A DNA stretch of 64,000 bases from Candidatus Woesearchaeota archaeon (GTDB lineage Archaea; Nanobdellota; Nanobdellia; Woesearchaeales; GW2011-AR9), in contig JABHQW010000008.1 of the NCBI GenBank assembly GCA_018696595.1, forward strand, positions 192,001-256,000, read 5' to 3'. The notes beneath the pieces are model-generated. The model saw nothing but the letters and a program-made list of their open reading frames with translations. It ran no database searches and was not told the origin of the DNA. Below, in pieces: positions 51,188 to 60,536 of the stretch; within the stretch, counting starts at the first letter, position 1; each line of letters opens with the position of its first letter. The position numbers were made by a program, and so were the translations under genes.

Positions 51188-51643
51188 TTATGCAAACCTA
51201 AACGCTCCTTGTTCAAGTTCAGCAGTTTTAATCATTATATTACCATTTTCAATCGTATGGCTCAAATAACTTGGCCAACAACCGTAACCTTTATTTTGTG
51301 TTCCTAAACCATCAATCTTAAACACCTTACCACAATTGATACAAGCAATATCTGTACCTTGTTGTTTGTAACCTTTATTTCCACCACAAACATCACAAGC
51401 GTCAAATGCAGTTCTTACATTGCCATCAGACCCTCTTACTGCGAAATAGGTTACTGTAACACCATTAGCATTATAATCAAACTTTTGTACGCTGTTTGTT
51501 ATTGAATCTAAAGGTATTTCTACCAATCCTTCACTAGTTGTTGCTGTTGTCGGTTCTTTATTATTAGTATCATCATTTGAACAGCCTACGATAAACAAAG
51601 CTGTTATCAAAATTAATCCCAAAATCATAATTGTTTTTTTCAT
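51188..51643 (-). CDS. DUF2318-like Cys-rich lipoprotein
   Basis: IVGC lipobox-like sequence, RTAFDACDVC, CINCG, GCWP. Confidence 0.75.
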   Translation of the reverse strand: MKKTIMILGLILITALFIVGCSNDDTNNKEPTTATTSEGLVEIPLDSITNSVQKFDYNANGVTVTYFAVRGSDGNVRTAFDACDVCGGNKGYKQQGTDIACINCGKVFKIDGLGTQNKGYGCWPSYLSHTIENGNIMIKTAELEQGAFRFA

Positions 51644-51731
51644 TGTACCTTTATTAGAACTGTAACAACTTATAAAAGAAGCAGTGAAACTAGTTTCGAG
51701 GAGATCAAAAAGGCAATGATTCTTCTGAACT

Positions 51732-52211
51732 TTACTTCAGAATAACCACATTACTCATTCCTCTTCTTTTACGTTCAATTAGAGATTTTCCTTCTAATCG
51801 GTCCAAGATACGAGTAACTTTAACTTTACTTAACTTAGTTTCTTTAACAATAGAACTTTGAAATACTGAACCATCTTCTCTGATAATAATGTTCATCATA
51901 CCTCTTTCTTCATCATCTAAATGTTCTAACTTTTTTTGTTTTTCTTCTTCGGATATTTCCTTTTTAGATTCTTGAATAATAGTTTCATCTTTCATAAAGA
52001 AAATGATGAATAAACTAACTAATGCTAATAATCCCATTAATCCATAACTAATAATTTGTTGCGTTTGTACCGTAGCGTGCATCGGACACAATGTTCCATG
52101 AGTGCAGGAAACTTCAACAATACTTTGTAATGCATAATTGAAAGACATAACTACAAAAAAGAAAACTAGCGTAAGTCCCAGTACCAAATATCCAACATGT
52201 TTATTTTTCAT
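51732..52211 (-). CDS. Membrane-anchored winged-helix (MarR-like) regulator with extracellular CxHxxxCPMH loop
   Basis: Two TM helices flank CTHGTLCPMH; C-terminal LSKVKVTRILDRLEGKSLIERKRRGMSN. Confidence 0.8.
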   Translation of the reverse strand: MKNKHVGYLVLGLTLVFFFVVMSFNYALQSIVEVSCTHGTLCPMHATVQTQQIISYGLMGLLALVSLFIIFFMKDETIIQESKKEISEEEKQKKLEHLDDEERGMMNIIIREDGSVFQSSIVKETKLSKVKVTRILDRLEGKSLIERKRRGMSNVVILK

Positions 52212-52230
52212 CTTATGCTTAAAACTAGGC

Positions 52231-52261
52231 TTGCATTATATATTTTGTGGTATTAATGCAA
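52231..52261. promoter_or_regulatory. Inverted repeat over the regulator's TATA box, putative operator
   Basis: TTGCATTA-N15-TAATGCAA. Confidence 0.45.
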
Positions 52262-52286
52262 TTCTACAGAATATTTTACATTTTTC

Positions 52287-52407
52287 AATATAGCACCGAA
52301 CTCACTCTTTTGTTTGTGGTTCTTATTGTGGTCCCTCCCGGATGGAGCATCCCCAACCACAGACTAATGCCCATTTAATTATATCGTTCGTAACTTGGTG
52401 CTATATT
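52287..52407. ncRNA. Candidate structured RNA or MITE-like element
   Basis: 11-bp perfect terminal inverted repeat AATATAGCACC/GGTGCTATATT enclosing a 10-bp inner stem and a GC-rich hairpin in AT-rich surroundings. Confidence 0.35.
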
Positions 52408-52416
52408 AATAATAAT

Positions 52417-52638
52417 TTACCCTAAATAAAACCCTAACAGTTTCATTCTGTATAAAGCGAATCCTAACCACAACACCAGAAACAGATAGAAAATACTAAA
52501 GAATTTATTCAATGGAAACCAATTAGATGTCCAGTGACTAACTTTTTGATGTAGTTTTCCCTCAGTAAAACTCAAAAAGATATAGCTCAAACAATCTATT
52601 AATATCAAGTACCAAATAATTCCTTCTGCGTATATCAT
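52417..52638 (-). CDS. Small two-TM hypothetical protein
   Basis: 73 aa, two hydrophobic helices, downstream of pcn. Confidence 0.65.
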   Translation of the reverse strand: MIYAEGIIWYLILIDCLSYIFLSFTEGKLHQKVSHWTSNWFPLNKFFSIFYLFLVLWLGFALYRMKLLGFYLG

Positions 52639-52669
52639 AAAGAAAAAGAAAATTTAAAAATATATAAAC

Positions 52670-53416
52670 TTAATCATTATCCACTCGAGGAGCTAAGATA
52701 AAACTTAAGGATAACCGATCAACAATCTTATACTCAACTTTCATTGGATAATCTGTGTTGAAGTTTAAACTAACTCTATCACTAAGTTTGTTTCCCGTAA
52801 TCATCTTCTTAAGATATTCCAAAGAGAATTTGGCTTTAAACTTATCATCAGAATCTGTTCTAATTAAAGTTTGTTCATCCGGTTTAATTTCAATGAAAGC
52901 TTTACTTAAATCTCCTTCAGCTTTAACAGAAATTTGTGTTTTTTCTCCTAGAAACGTAACAGATTCAGAAACAACAGAAACGTCTTCAATAGATTCTGTA
53001 AGTAATCCAGAATTCATTTCTACTGAAATTGGAAATGTTAATTCGGGAACTTTTTGTTCTTTATCTTCAACATCTAATGTTGGGATAGAAAAAGATCGAG
53101 TAGTGTTACTTTTCATCTGAATTTTTAATTTACTATCTTCGGTTGTTTCCAAAGTAAGAACATCATCAGATTTTGCTCTTCTTAGAATTTGTTTTAAGTT
53201 ATTTAGATTGATTGCAATCTCTTCTGCATCTTTAATTTCGTATTTTGTGAAGCAACTGCTCAACATTTTGAAAATCACCATTGCTACGTTAGCAGGATCC
53301 ATAGCGATTAACTCTAATCCATTATTATTTACCTTGAATTTTGCTTCTGTGACTAATTCTGAAATGATTGAGATACTATCTTTAAAATATTTAGGTTCAG
53401 CTAAGACTAATTTCAT
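52670..53416 (-). CDS. pcn: PCNA sliding clamp
   Basis: AMDPANVAM, FSLEYL, DYPM, FILAPRV. Confidence 0.97.
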   Translation of the reverse strand: MKLVLAEPKYFKDSISIISELVTEAKFKVNNNGLELIAMDPANVAMVIFKMLSSCFTKYEIKDAEEIAINLNNLKQILRRAKSDDVLTLETTEDSKLKIQMKSNTTRSFSIPTLDVEDKEQKVPELTFPISVEMNSGLLTESIEDVSVVSESVTFLGEKTQISVKAEGDLSKAFIEIKPDEQTLIRTDSDDKFKAKFSLEYLKKMITGNKLSDRVSLNFNTDYPMKVEYKIVDRLSLSFILAPRVDND

Positions 53417-53556
53417 TTTAATACACCCTCCAAAATCTCGATGCTTATTTTCTTTATAAAATTTATTGTAATAGAGTGGTGGTTTGAGATTCTTTTAAAA
53501 AGGAATATTCTTAAAGATATAAATTATTATTAATAACTGTTCATTCTTAATATTCT

Positions 53557-53874
53557 ATGAGGTTGGAGTATAGTACGCAAGATGGCGGTTTTATGTACAA
53601 CGGCAACAGAGTAAAGTTACCTTCAGCGTCTTTTTGGAAAGGTGGTTTAAATGCTCATGCAATCATTACTGATGATTTTTCTGAATTGTGTGACATTGTA
53701 AAAGATAAAGGATATAATCCCGCCAAAATCCCTGCAGAAATTCCTGGTGAAGATATAGTTAATCTTGAAAAACCAGGGCTTGAAGGTAAAATATTTTCTA
53801 TTCCTAGAGAATTTCGGGGAGTGAGTGAACCTGGTTGTTTCTATGTTTTTAATGAGACAGAGAAAAAAAATTAA
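53557..53874 (+). CDS. Hypothetical protein
   Basis: 105-aa ORF filling the intergenic space with a TATA-like upstream sequence; no motif recognised. Confidence 0.6.
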   Translation: MRLEYSTQDGGFMYNGNRVKLPSASFWKGGLNAHAIITDDFSELCDIVKDKGYNPAKIPAEIPGEDIVNLEKPGLEGKIFSIPREFRGVSEPGCFYVFNETEKKN

Positions 53875-53876
53875 AT

Positions 53877-55217
53877 TTATTTCAAAACAATTCTTTTTCC
53901 GTTTTCCATCATATGGATACTTTTACCTTGAGAATAACCCATCTCTTCAGCTAAACTAGCTAAATTAAGGGCTTTTTCATGACCTGCATGAGAGGGAATA
54001 ATGTGTTTTGGTTTTACTAATTCAATCAAATCACGGTGATCTTCTCTGGCAGCGTGACCAGACATATGAATATCTCTGAAAATTCTTGCGCCTTTGGCTC
54101 TTATTGATCTTTCCAACTTATCGCGATTATCTTTATTTAATTCAACTGGAATTACTGAACAACTGAAAATAACTACATCACCATTATCAAACTTGAAAGG
54201 TAATTCGTTCCTAGCTAATCTAGAAAGTACTGCTTTTGGTTCACCTTGATGGCCAGTACAAACAATCAAATATTTCTCTTTACCTTCTTTCATAATTTTC
54301 TTAAGAATTTTTTCTCTGCGATCATTATGTTTAACTAAAGTAATATCTTTTTGAAAATCAATTAAATTAATTCTTTCTCCGGCAGAAACATATTTGGATA
54401 AAGATCTTCCCAAGAATACTATTTTTCTGTTTAATCTTCTTCCTAATTCAATAATACTTTTCAATCTTGCTAAGTGAGAAGAGAAGGTTGTTACAACCAT
54501 TCCTTTTCCGTCAGTGTAAACTCCTAACATAACATCCTTTAACATTTGTTTAGCAACAGATTCGGACGGCATTTTTCGATGTTCATGAGCATATAATGAT
54601 TCTACAATTAACAAAGTTACGCCTTCTTCACCAATTTGTTTTAATCTTTCAAAGTTTGGTTTTTTACCTAGAGTTGGTTGTCGATCAAATTTGTAATCGT
54701 TAGCATAAACAACTTTACCATAAGGGGTATGAAGAACAATCATTGACGCTTGTGGGATTGAATGAGTAATATTAACCAATTCCACTGAAAGTTTTTCAGA
54801 TAATTTGTATACAGAATTTAAATTTGATGCAATTAACTCATTTGGTATTTTTATTCTTTCATCTCTAAAAATACTTTTCAAAACTTCAGCAGTGTATGGT
54901 GTGCAAATAATTGGTGCTGTTGGAAATATTCCTGCTGAGAAAGGAATTGCACCAATATGATCTAAATGGCCATGACTAGGGACAATGGCAATAACTTTAT
55001 CTTTCCAATCTTTGATTAAACCGTAATCCGGAACAGCATTAACTTCTAATAATTCTTCATAATGCATGGCTGAGATGTCTTCATCTTCAGTGTGTCTGAT
55101 ATAATTTTCCATGTGTAATCCCATATCTAAGATTACAACTTCATCATCGACTTTAATGGCAGTAGAATTCTGACCTGTTTCTGAATAACCACCGATTGTA
55201 CATATTTCTATTGGCAT
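53877..55217 (-). CDS. rnj: Ribonuclease J
   Basis: IGGYSETGQN, HGHLDHIG, THSIP, DYKFD, TGHQGEP, HMSGHA. Confidence 0.93.
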   Translation of the reverse strand: MPIEICTIGGYSETGQNSTAIKVDDEVVILDMGLHMENYIRHTEDEDISAMHYEELLEVNAVPDYGLIKDWKDKVIAIVPSHGHLDHIGAIPFSAGIFPTAPIICTPYTAEVLKSIFRDERIKIPNELIASNLNSVYKLSEKLSVELVNITHSIPQASMIVLHTPYGKVVYANDYKFDRQPTLGKKPNFERLKQIGEEGVTLLIVESLYAHEHRKMPSESVAKQMLKDVMLGVYTDGKGMVVTTFSSHLARLKSIIELGRRLNRKIVFLGRSLSKYVSAGERINLIDFQKDITLVKHNDRREKILKKIMKEGKEKYLIVCTGHQGEPKAVLSRLARNELPFKFDNGDVVIFSCSVIPVELNKDNRDKLERSIRAKGARIFRDIHMSGHAAREDHRDLIELVKPKHIIPSHAGHEKALNLASLAEEMGYSQGKSIHMMENGKRIVLK

Positions 55218-55259
55218 AAGGCTAGAAAAGAGTTGTTGGTTTAAAAAGGTTTGGAGAAA

Positions 55260-56411
55260 TTACTGATTATCTCTAATATAATCTTTCACTCTTTCTTGAA
55301 ATTCATGAGGACCTATTGGTTCTAAACCAAGATTACTAATTATTTGTTTTAAGTTTGGAACATGAATATGAGAATCATCAACAGAACTCATTTTTTCCAC
55401 TTCTAAAAGATATCCAAAGTTTTCAATCTCTTGTAAACAAATAACATAATCATATCCACCCATCTGTGCGGCAAACTCTTGTTTATGTTTAACCCATTTT
55501 GGATCTGTACCCATTCCTTCTGAAGCAAAACCTTCTCTTACTTGTTCAGCCATAATCTCATCTTCTAAATGAATTGAATATTCTGTTCTAACATGGTCCA
55601 CAACATCACCTTCTTTAATAACAACTTCATATTTGGTTGTTTCTCCTTCTCTAATTCTAACTCGATGATCGCCAGGAGTGAATTTTAATGTTTCTACAGT
55701 TTCTTTACATAATGGTTGATACCCTTCATTTAATTCTCTGTCTAAACATCTATATTCTTCTGGAGTAAGTAAACATTTGATTTCAATCTCATGCACTTTT
55801 TTTGGAGCTTCTTCACTTTGTCCAAGTTGATGGGCCAAATAGCGATCAATGAACCATACTTGTGCGGTTGGGGATGAAGGTAAGAAAATATGAGGGAAAT
55901 CATGTCTAGCAAAAACATTTCTAAAAGTGTCTTCCACCTTTTTTTGATATTTAGGGTCAACATCTCTTTTACCATCATCAACTAAAAATTCTAAATTACC
56001 TGGAATTATAAAAGAAAGGTTTTGGGGGACAAGGGCACAATATTCTTTAACAAACTCTGCAATATGTTCGTCACAAGATCCTTTTATTGCTTCGGGATAT
56101 ACTAATTGAGATAAAGGATTTATGTCTTGGAGAATAGTAGTTGGCCCTTCGCCAATTCTTGGACCAATAGCATCAATCTGTGCTTTTATCATTTGACAAG
56201 TCATCCATGTGGTAACTAGGTTACCCAGCTCAGGGTATTGGTGAAGTTTTTTTTTATCAGTCAAATCAATTGGGCATTCTTCAGCAATATCCGGGAGGAA
56301 AATGGCATTTTTATCCCATCTTTGTCTCAACTTTTTAAAAACTGTACTTTTACCAGAACCTTGTGGTCCGAGAATACTTAATACAACAATATCATCCAAT
56401 AGTTTACTCAT
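55260..56411 (-). CDS. P-loop kinase (AAA_28/NadR-like) fused to CYTH domain
   Basis: GPQGSGKST and DDGKRDVD in the N-terminal half; HEIEIKCLL (ExExK), RVRIR and LLEVEK in the C-terminal half. Confidence 0.75.
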   Translation of the reverse strand: MSKLLDDIVVLSILGPQGSGKSTVFKKLRQRWDKNAIFLPDIAEECPIDLTDKKKLHQYPELGNLVTTWMTCQMIKAQIDAIGPRIGEGPTTILQDINPLSQLVYPEAIKGSCDEHIAEFVKEYCALVPQNLSFIIPGNLEFLVDDGKRDVDPKYQKKVEDTFRNVFARHDFPHIFLPSSPTAQVWFIDRYLAHQLGQSEEAPKKVHEIEIKCLLTPEEYRCLDRELNEGYQPLCKETVETLKFTPGDHRVRIREGETTKYEVVIKEGDVVDHVRTEYSIHLEDEIMAEQVREGFASEGMGTDPKWVKHKQEFAAQMGGYDYVICLQEIENFGYLLEVEKMSSVDDSHIHVPNLKQIISNLGLEPIGPHEFQERVKDYIRDNQ

Positions 56412-56482
56412 AGTTTCGCTTAAGAAAGTTTCATCTTTTTAATTATTTGTTTAATGAAGAATACACAATTAAGAATAAAACA

Positions 56483-56566
56483 TGTGGGTGGCAGGACTCG
56501 AACCTGCGTAAGCACTAAGCTAATGGATTTTGAGTCCATCCCGATTGACCACTACGGCACACCCAC
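56483..56566 (-). tRNA. tRNA-Leu (CAA)
   Basis: Acceptor GTGGGTG/CACCCAC, anticodon arm ATGGA-CTCAAAA-TCCAT, long variable arm, T-loop TTCGAGT. Confidence 0.95.
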
Positions 56567-56645
56567 ATACAAATACTAAACTAATCCCTATTTTATAAAA
56601 GTTTCTCACAAATATTTATAAATGAAAAATCTTTACTAATACAAT

Positions 56646-57605
56646 ATGAAAAAGAGGTTAGCTTTACTTGTATTAATTCTATTAATGCCATTAGCTTTAG
56701 CAGATGTTGAATTAAACTTTATTTCTCCAGAGGGTGATAGTTTCAACGGCTATCTCTTAAACTTAAATTTTGGAGATGCGTTATATCAAGAAGTTATGGA
56801 TAATAATAATGTAAAAGTAGCTTTTTCAGAAAGCACATCATTTTTAGTAACAATGGATTCTTTAGAAACTCCGGCAACAGATTATTTTGGAGTGAAAGAA
56901 ATATCAAAAGAAGGAATTACTGATTTTTTGGTTTACCCAGTTGGTTATTTACAAGGTAAAGTATTAGATCCAAACGGAAATTTAGTGCCAACCGCAGAGT
57001 TAAATTTTAACTGTTTTTCTGATGTAATCGGAGATTATCCTTCCAAAGCAGACAAAACTGGTTTTTTTTCTGTAAAAAATATGCCGGTTGGTAGTTGTTC
57101 AATTATAGCTTCTACTGAAAGTTTAGCTGGAAGTGTAGAATTTAAGCTTGAAAAAGGTCAAGTTACAAAGATAGAAGTAATTTTGGGTGAAGTATTTGTA
57201 AACAAAAAATCTTTATTATTTCCAATTATTGCCATTTTAGCTTTAATTATTGTTGTTTTATTAGTTATTTTGTTCTTAATTAAGAAGAGAAAACAATTCA
57301 ATAAAGAAGAAACGAAGATTGATAAAATCGAAACTGAAGTGAAAACGGGCAAATCTGAACTTGAACATTCTAAACAAACATTAGCAATATCAAAGACATT
57401 ATCTGAAAAAGAGCGAAAAATAGTTGATTATTTGCTTGCAAATAAGAATAAATCTTCCCAGGCTAAGATTAGACATGCCACTAAAATACCCCGAACTAGC
57501 TTATCAAGAGTTTTGAAAAGTTTAGAGAAGAAAAAAATAGTTGAAATTGAGAAAGACGGCAAAATGGTTTCTGTTTCTTTAAGTGACTTCTTTTTAGGCA
57601 ATTAG
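56646..57605 (+). CDS. Extracellular carboxypeptidase-regulatory-like domain + TM + cytoplasmic winged-helix
   Basis: Signal peptide, GYLQGKVLDPNG...TGFFSVKNMPVG, one TM, LSEKERKIVDYL...SQAKIR...RTSLSRVLKSLEKKKIV. Confidence 0.8.
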   Translation: MKKRLALLVLILLMPLALADVELNFISPEGDSFNGYLLNLNFGDALYQEVMDNNNVKVAFSESTSFLVTMDSLETPATDYFGVKEISKEGITDFLVYPVGYLQGKVLDPNGNLVPTAELNFNCFSDVIGDYPSKADKTGFFSVKNMPVGSCSIIASTESLAGSVEFKLEKGQVTKIEVILGEVFVNKKSLLFPIIAILALIIVVLLVILFLIKKRKQFNKEETKIDKIETEVKTGKSELEHSKQTLAISKTLSEKERKIVDYLLANKNKSSQAKIRHATKIPRTSLSRVLKSLEKKKIVEIEKDGKMVSVSLSDFFLGN

Positions 57606-57717
57606 TTATATTTGGAGGATAAATGTTTCTTTTTACACATTTTGGGCATTATATTGGCCCCATCTTGGTTCTTCTTCCCGCCCAACCTTTAAGTATTTGT
57701 TTGATCTTTAGGTAGAT

Positions 57718-59433
57718 ATGATTACTCAAAACGTATGGAGGTACGTCAAAATGAATTGGAAAAACATGATCCTGTTTGCAGTATTGTTATTATTCGTAAG
57801 TTCAATATCTGCAGTTGCAGAACAAGAAATAGTAGTGGGAAAAGACATCGCAGTTACATCATATAGTGTTATGCCTAAACCTGCAGTTTTAAATGAAGAA
57901 GTACAAGTAACATTAAAAATAGTAAACCAAGGTAATGAAGCTATTGCTGAAAGTTTTCAAGTAGAATTTCAAGTATGTCAACCCGGCGGTTGGTATTGTC
58001 ATATTCCTGAAGGAGCAGAAGTAAATGGATTAGGGGTGGGAGAAGAAAAATCTTTCCTTAAGAAATTTACTATTAAAGACTCAGATGTAGTTAATGGCAA
58101 ATCTTTAGTTAGATTTGTAGTTGATGGCGATGCTAATGTTGAAGAAGTTGATGAAGTTAACAATATTTACAGCATGCTTATTTCGGTAGTTGAGGAAGCC
58201 CCTGTAGAAATTGTTGAAGAAGTAACTGAAGAAGATGAAGAAGAGATTGTTGAAGAAGAATTATTTTCTGGCGATCCTGTTACATTTTCAGTTTCTGTAA
58301 ATGATTATCCTAATCATAAGGATTATAGCAACTTAAAGAAAATAGCTAATGGTTACGTTAATGTGTATACTGTTAAAAAGATCGGACAAACATTCAAAGT
58401 AATGAACACTGAAACTAAATTTACTGGTAGTGATGGGGTTGCAGAAGTTGTAATTCAACCTGGCCAGATGGTTTATTTTGAAGGTTTTATTACTCCTGGC
58501 GGTGCAGCTAGTGGAGCAACAAAAAAAGAATCCTTACTTTGGACCGCTCCCCCTTTCAAGAATTTTGGTCTTGGAAAAATTTGTCAAACAAATTACTTGG
58601 CAACTAACAAATACTTAAAGAATAGTCAAAGTTATGCTTGTGCACAAGCTTTGAGTACTCCTTACAAAGACGTTGGAAAGTTCACCTTAGTTCCTGGAGA
58701 AACAGTTGCTCCTGAAGAAATGGTTGAGATTCTTCCTGCGGCTGACAATCATGATTTGAAGGTAACTTCTGTTGGTTACGGAAATCAAGGATTTAAAGCA
58801 ACAATTTGTAATGCTGGAACTACTGACCAATCTGGATTTAAAGTTAAGTTTACTGCAAATGGTAAAGATAACACTTTAACCTATGCACCAACTTTAATGT
58901 CTGGAAAATGTGTAACTATTGGTTCTTGGGGCTATAGTTATTTTGGAATTGAGAAAGAAGATTTTTCTGAAGTAACTGTAATGGTTGATCCTTTGAATGA
59001 AATTGTTGAGTTTAATGAAGACAACAATGAAATGGGTTTAGCAGAAGATAAGCCAATGTTACCTGCATACGACGAAACAAAAGTTGATAACAAACCAATG
59101 CTTCCTGCATATGACGAAACTAAAGTTGAGAATAAACCTATGCTTCCTGCATATGATGATTCTAATGGAAAATGTTTGAATGGTTGCGATTTCCAAAACA
59201 AATGTTTACCTGTTGGAACAAAGATTAAGTCTGGAAGAGATGGTTTGTTTTGTAATTGGAATAATGAGATGGCTCCTCAGTTAGTTGAAGGAGAATCTTG
59301 TCAGAACAATTATGAATGTGAAAGTAACAGTTGTATGAGCGGAAAGTGTATGGACTTAGAGAAACAGTTGCAAGAACAACAAAACTTACTTAACAAGATT
59401 TTATCTTGGTTAGATAACTTCTTTGTAAGGTAA
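57718..59433 (+). CDS. Secreted CARDB-domain surface protein
   Basis: Two CARDB-like Ig domains ending VDGDANVEEVDEVNN and VDPLNEIVEFNEDNN; Cys-rich C-terminus. Start may be the second Met (57751). Confidence 0.8.
   Translation: MITQNVWRYVKMNWKNMILFAVLLLFVSSISAVAEQEIVVGKDIAVTSYSVMPKPAVLNEEVQVTLKIVNQGNEAIAESFQVEFQVCQPGGWYCHIPEGAEVNGLGVGEEKSFLKKFTIKDSDVVNGKSLVRFVVDGDANVEEVDEVNNIYSMLISVVEEAPVEIVEEVTEEDEEEIVEEELFSGDPVTFSVSVNDYPNHKDYSNLKKIANGYVNVYTVKKIGQTFKVMNTETKFTGSDGVAEVVIQPGQMVYFEGFITPGGAASGATKKESLLWTAPPFKNFGLGKICQTNYLATNKYLKNSQSYACAQALSTPYKDVGKFTLVPGETVAPEEMVEILPAADNHDLKVTSVGYGNQGFKATICNAGTTDQSGFKVKFTANGKDNTLTYAPTLMSGKCVTIGSWGYSYFGIEKEDFSEVTVMVDPLNEIVEFNEDNNEMGLAEDKPMLPAYDETKVDNKPMLPAYDETKVENKPMLPAYDDSNGKCLNGCDFQNKCLPVGTKIKSGRDGLFCNWNNEMAPQLVEGESCQNNYECESNSCMSGKCMDLEKQLQEQQNLLNKILSWLDNFFVR
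59047..59160 (+). repeat. 42-nt tandem coding repeat, 14-aa unit x about 2.7
   Basis: DKPMLPAYDETKVD / NKPMLPAYDETKVE / NKPMLPAYDD. Confidence 0.9.
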
Positions 59434-59564
59434 GTTTCTTTTTTTTATTTTTATTTTTCTTCTAAATTTTTCAGTTAAGGTTTTCCTCTTTAAAGGCGTT
59501 TTAGACTAGTAATATTTATTAAGGATTAAATAATCACTTGATTATTAAAAATGAGGTGTTTATT

Positions 59565-60536
59565 ATGAAAAAAATATTTTTAGTCATGTTAAGTTTACTT
59601 GTTATTCTTATATTTTTAGTTGGTTGTACAACCGAAGAAGTTTCTGATGAAGAATTGGAATCATTGTCGGATGAGGAATTAAAAATAATAGTTGCAGAAG
59701 GAGAACAGGACAGCGGGGTTAATGAAGCAATAGCGGGTCAAGCATATATTTATCAATCAGTTCAGAACCCTTCTAAAAGAAAAGTTAGCAGAGCTGCATC
59801 AATTCTTAAAACAAGATTGAATGAGCAAACACAAAAACAAATTAATGTTGCGCAACCGTTTAATTCAGAGATTAAAGAATTATGTCCTCTTAGTTGTTCA
59901 AATGAAGATAAAACTTATCTCTTGTTTCGAAGTGGTCAATTATTCAAAAAGATTACACCTCGATGCACAACACAAGGGTTATTGTGGTATCGCTGTATTA
60001 ATGGGAAATCTACGCAAACGGTTTTAGAAGATTGTCCTGGTTCTGATTGTGATTCAGTTACAAAAAAATGTAAAAATGAAAATAATTTTGATGAAGAGTT
60101 GCCTGCTGGTTCGGCATCTACTGGATCTGTCTCTACAGAATCATCTCCAACTGAATCAGCATCTACCTCATCAGTTTCCACAACGCCTACCGATTCACCA
60201 AGCGTGATAAACGTTGATGGAATAATTTCTCAAACTCTTGAATTAGCAGAGGACGGTGATGTGGTTTGTATTGATGAAGATGGTCTTGGGTTAGATGGTC
60301 TAAATCCAAAAGTTAAGGGAAGAACTTATTATTATATCAAAGGTGTCGAAGAACAACCAGAACCAATTGGATATTATAGGATTAGAGAAGATTATTGCTA
60401 CGATGGAATTCATAATGTTGTTCCAGTAGAAGAAGGTCCAGCTTTGGCAGAATTTATCTGTTTGTATGGAGAAAAAGTTTATCCTAATTACGATTCTCCT
60501 TGTCCAAATGGTTGTAAAAATGGGGTATGTGTTTGA
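59565..60536 (+). CDS. Putative lipoprotein with Cys-rich modules and Ser/Thr linker
   Basis: MKK...IFLVGC lipobox-like sequence; likely start ATG 59565 after GAGGTG; STGSVSTESSPTES linker. Confidence 0.75.
   Translation: MKKIFLVMLSLLVILIFLVGCTTEEVSDEELESLSDEELKIIVAEGEQDSGVNEAIAGQAYIYQSVQNPSKRKVSRAASILKTRLNEQTQKQINVAQPFNSEIKELCPLSCSNEDKTYLLFRSGQLFKKITPRCTTQGLLWYRCINGKSTQTVLEDCPGSDCDSVTKKCKNENNFDEELPAGSASTGSVSTESSPTESASTSSVSTTPTDSPSVINVDGIISQTLELAEDGDVVCIDEDGLGLDGLNPKVKGRTYYYIKGVEEQPEPIGYYRIREDYCYDGIHNVVPVEEGPALAEFICLYGEKVYPNYDSPCPNGCKNGVCV

Noticed and set aside
52287-52407. 5S rRNA or SRP RNA assignment
   Set aside because: Length resembles 5S but the conserved loops are misplaced. CCCGGATGGAGCA resembles SRP helix 8 but lacks the CAGG strand and a GNRA loop.
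37808-56566. Integrated element at tRNA-Pro or tRNA-Leu
   Set aside because: No duplicated tRNA 3' end or integrase was seen in the window.
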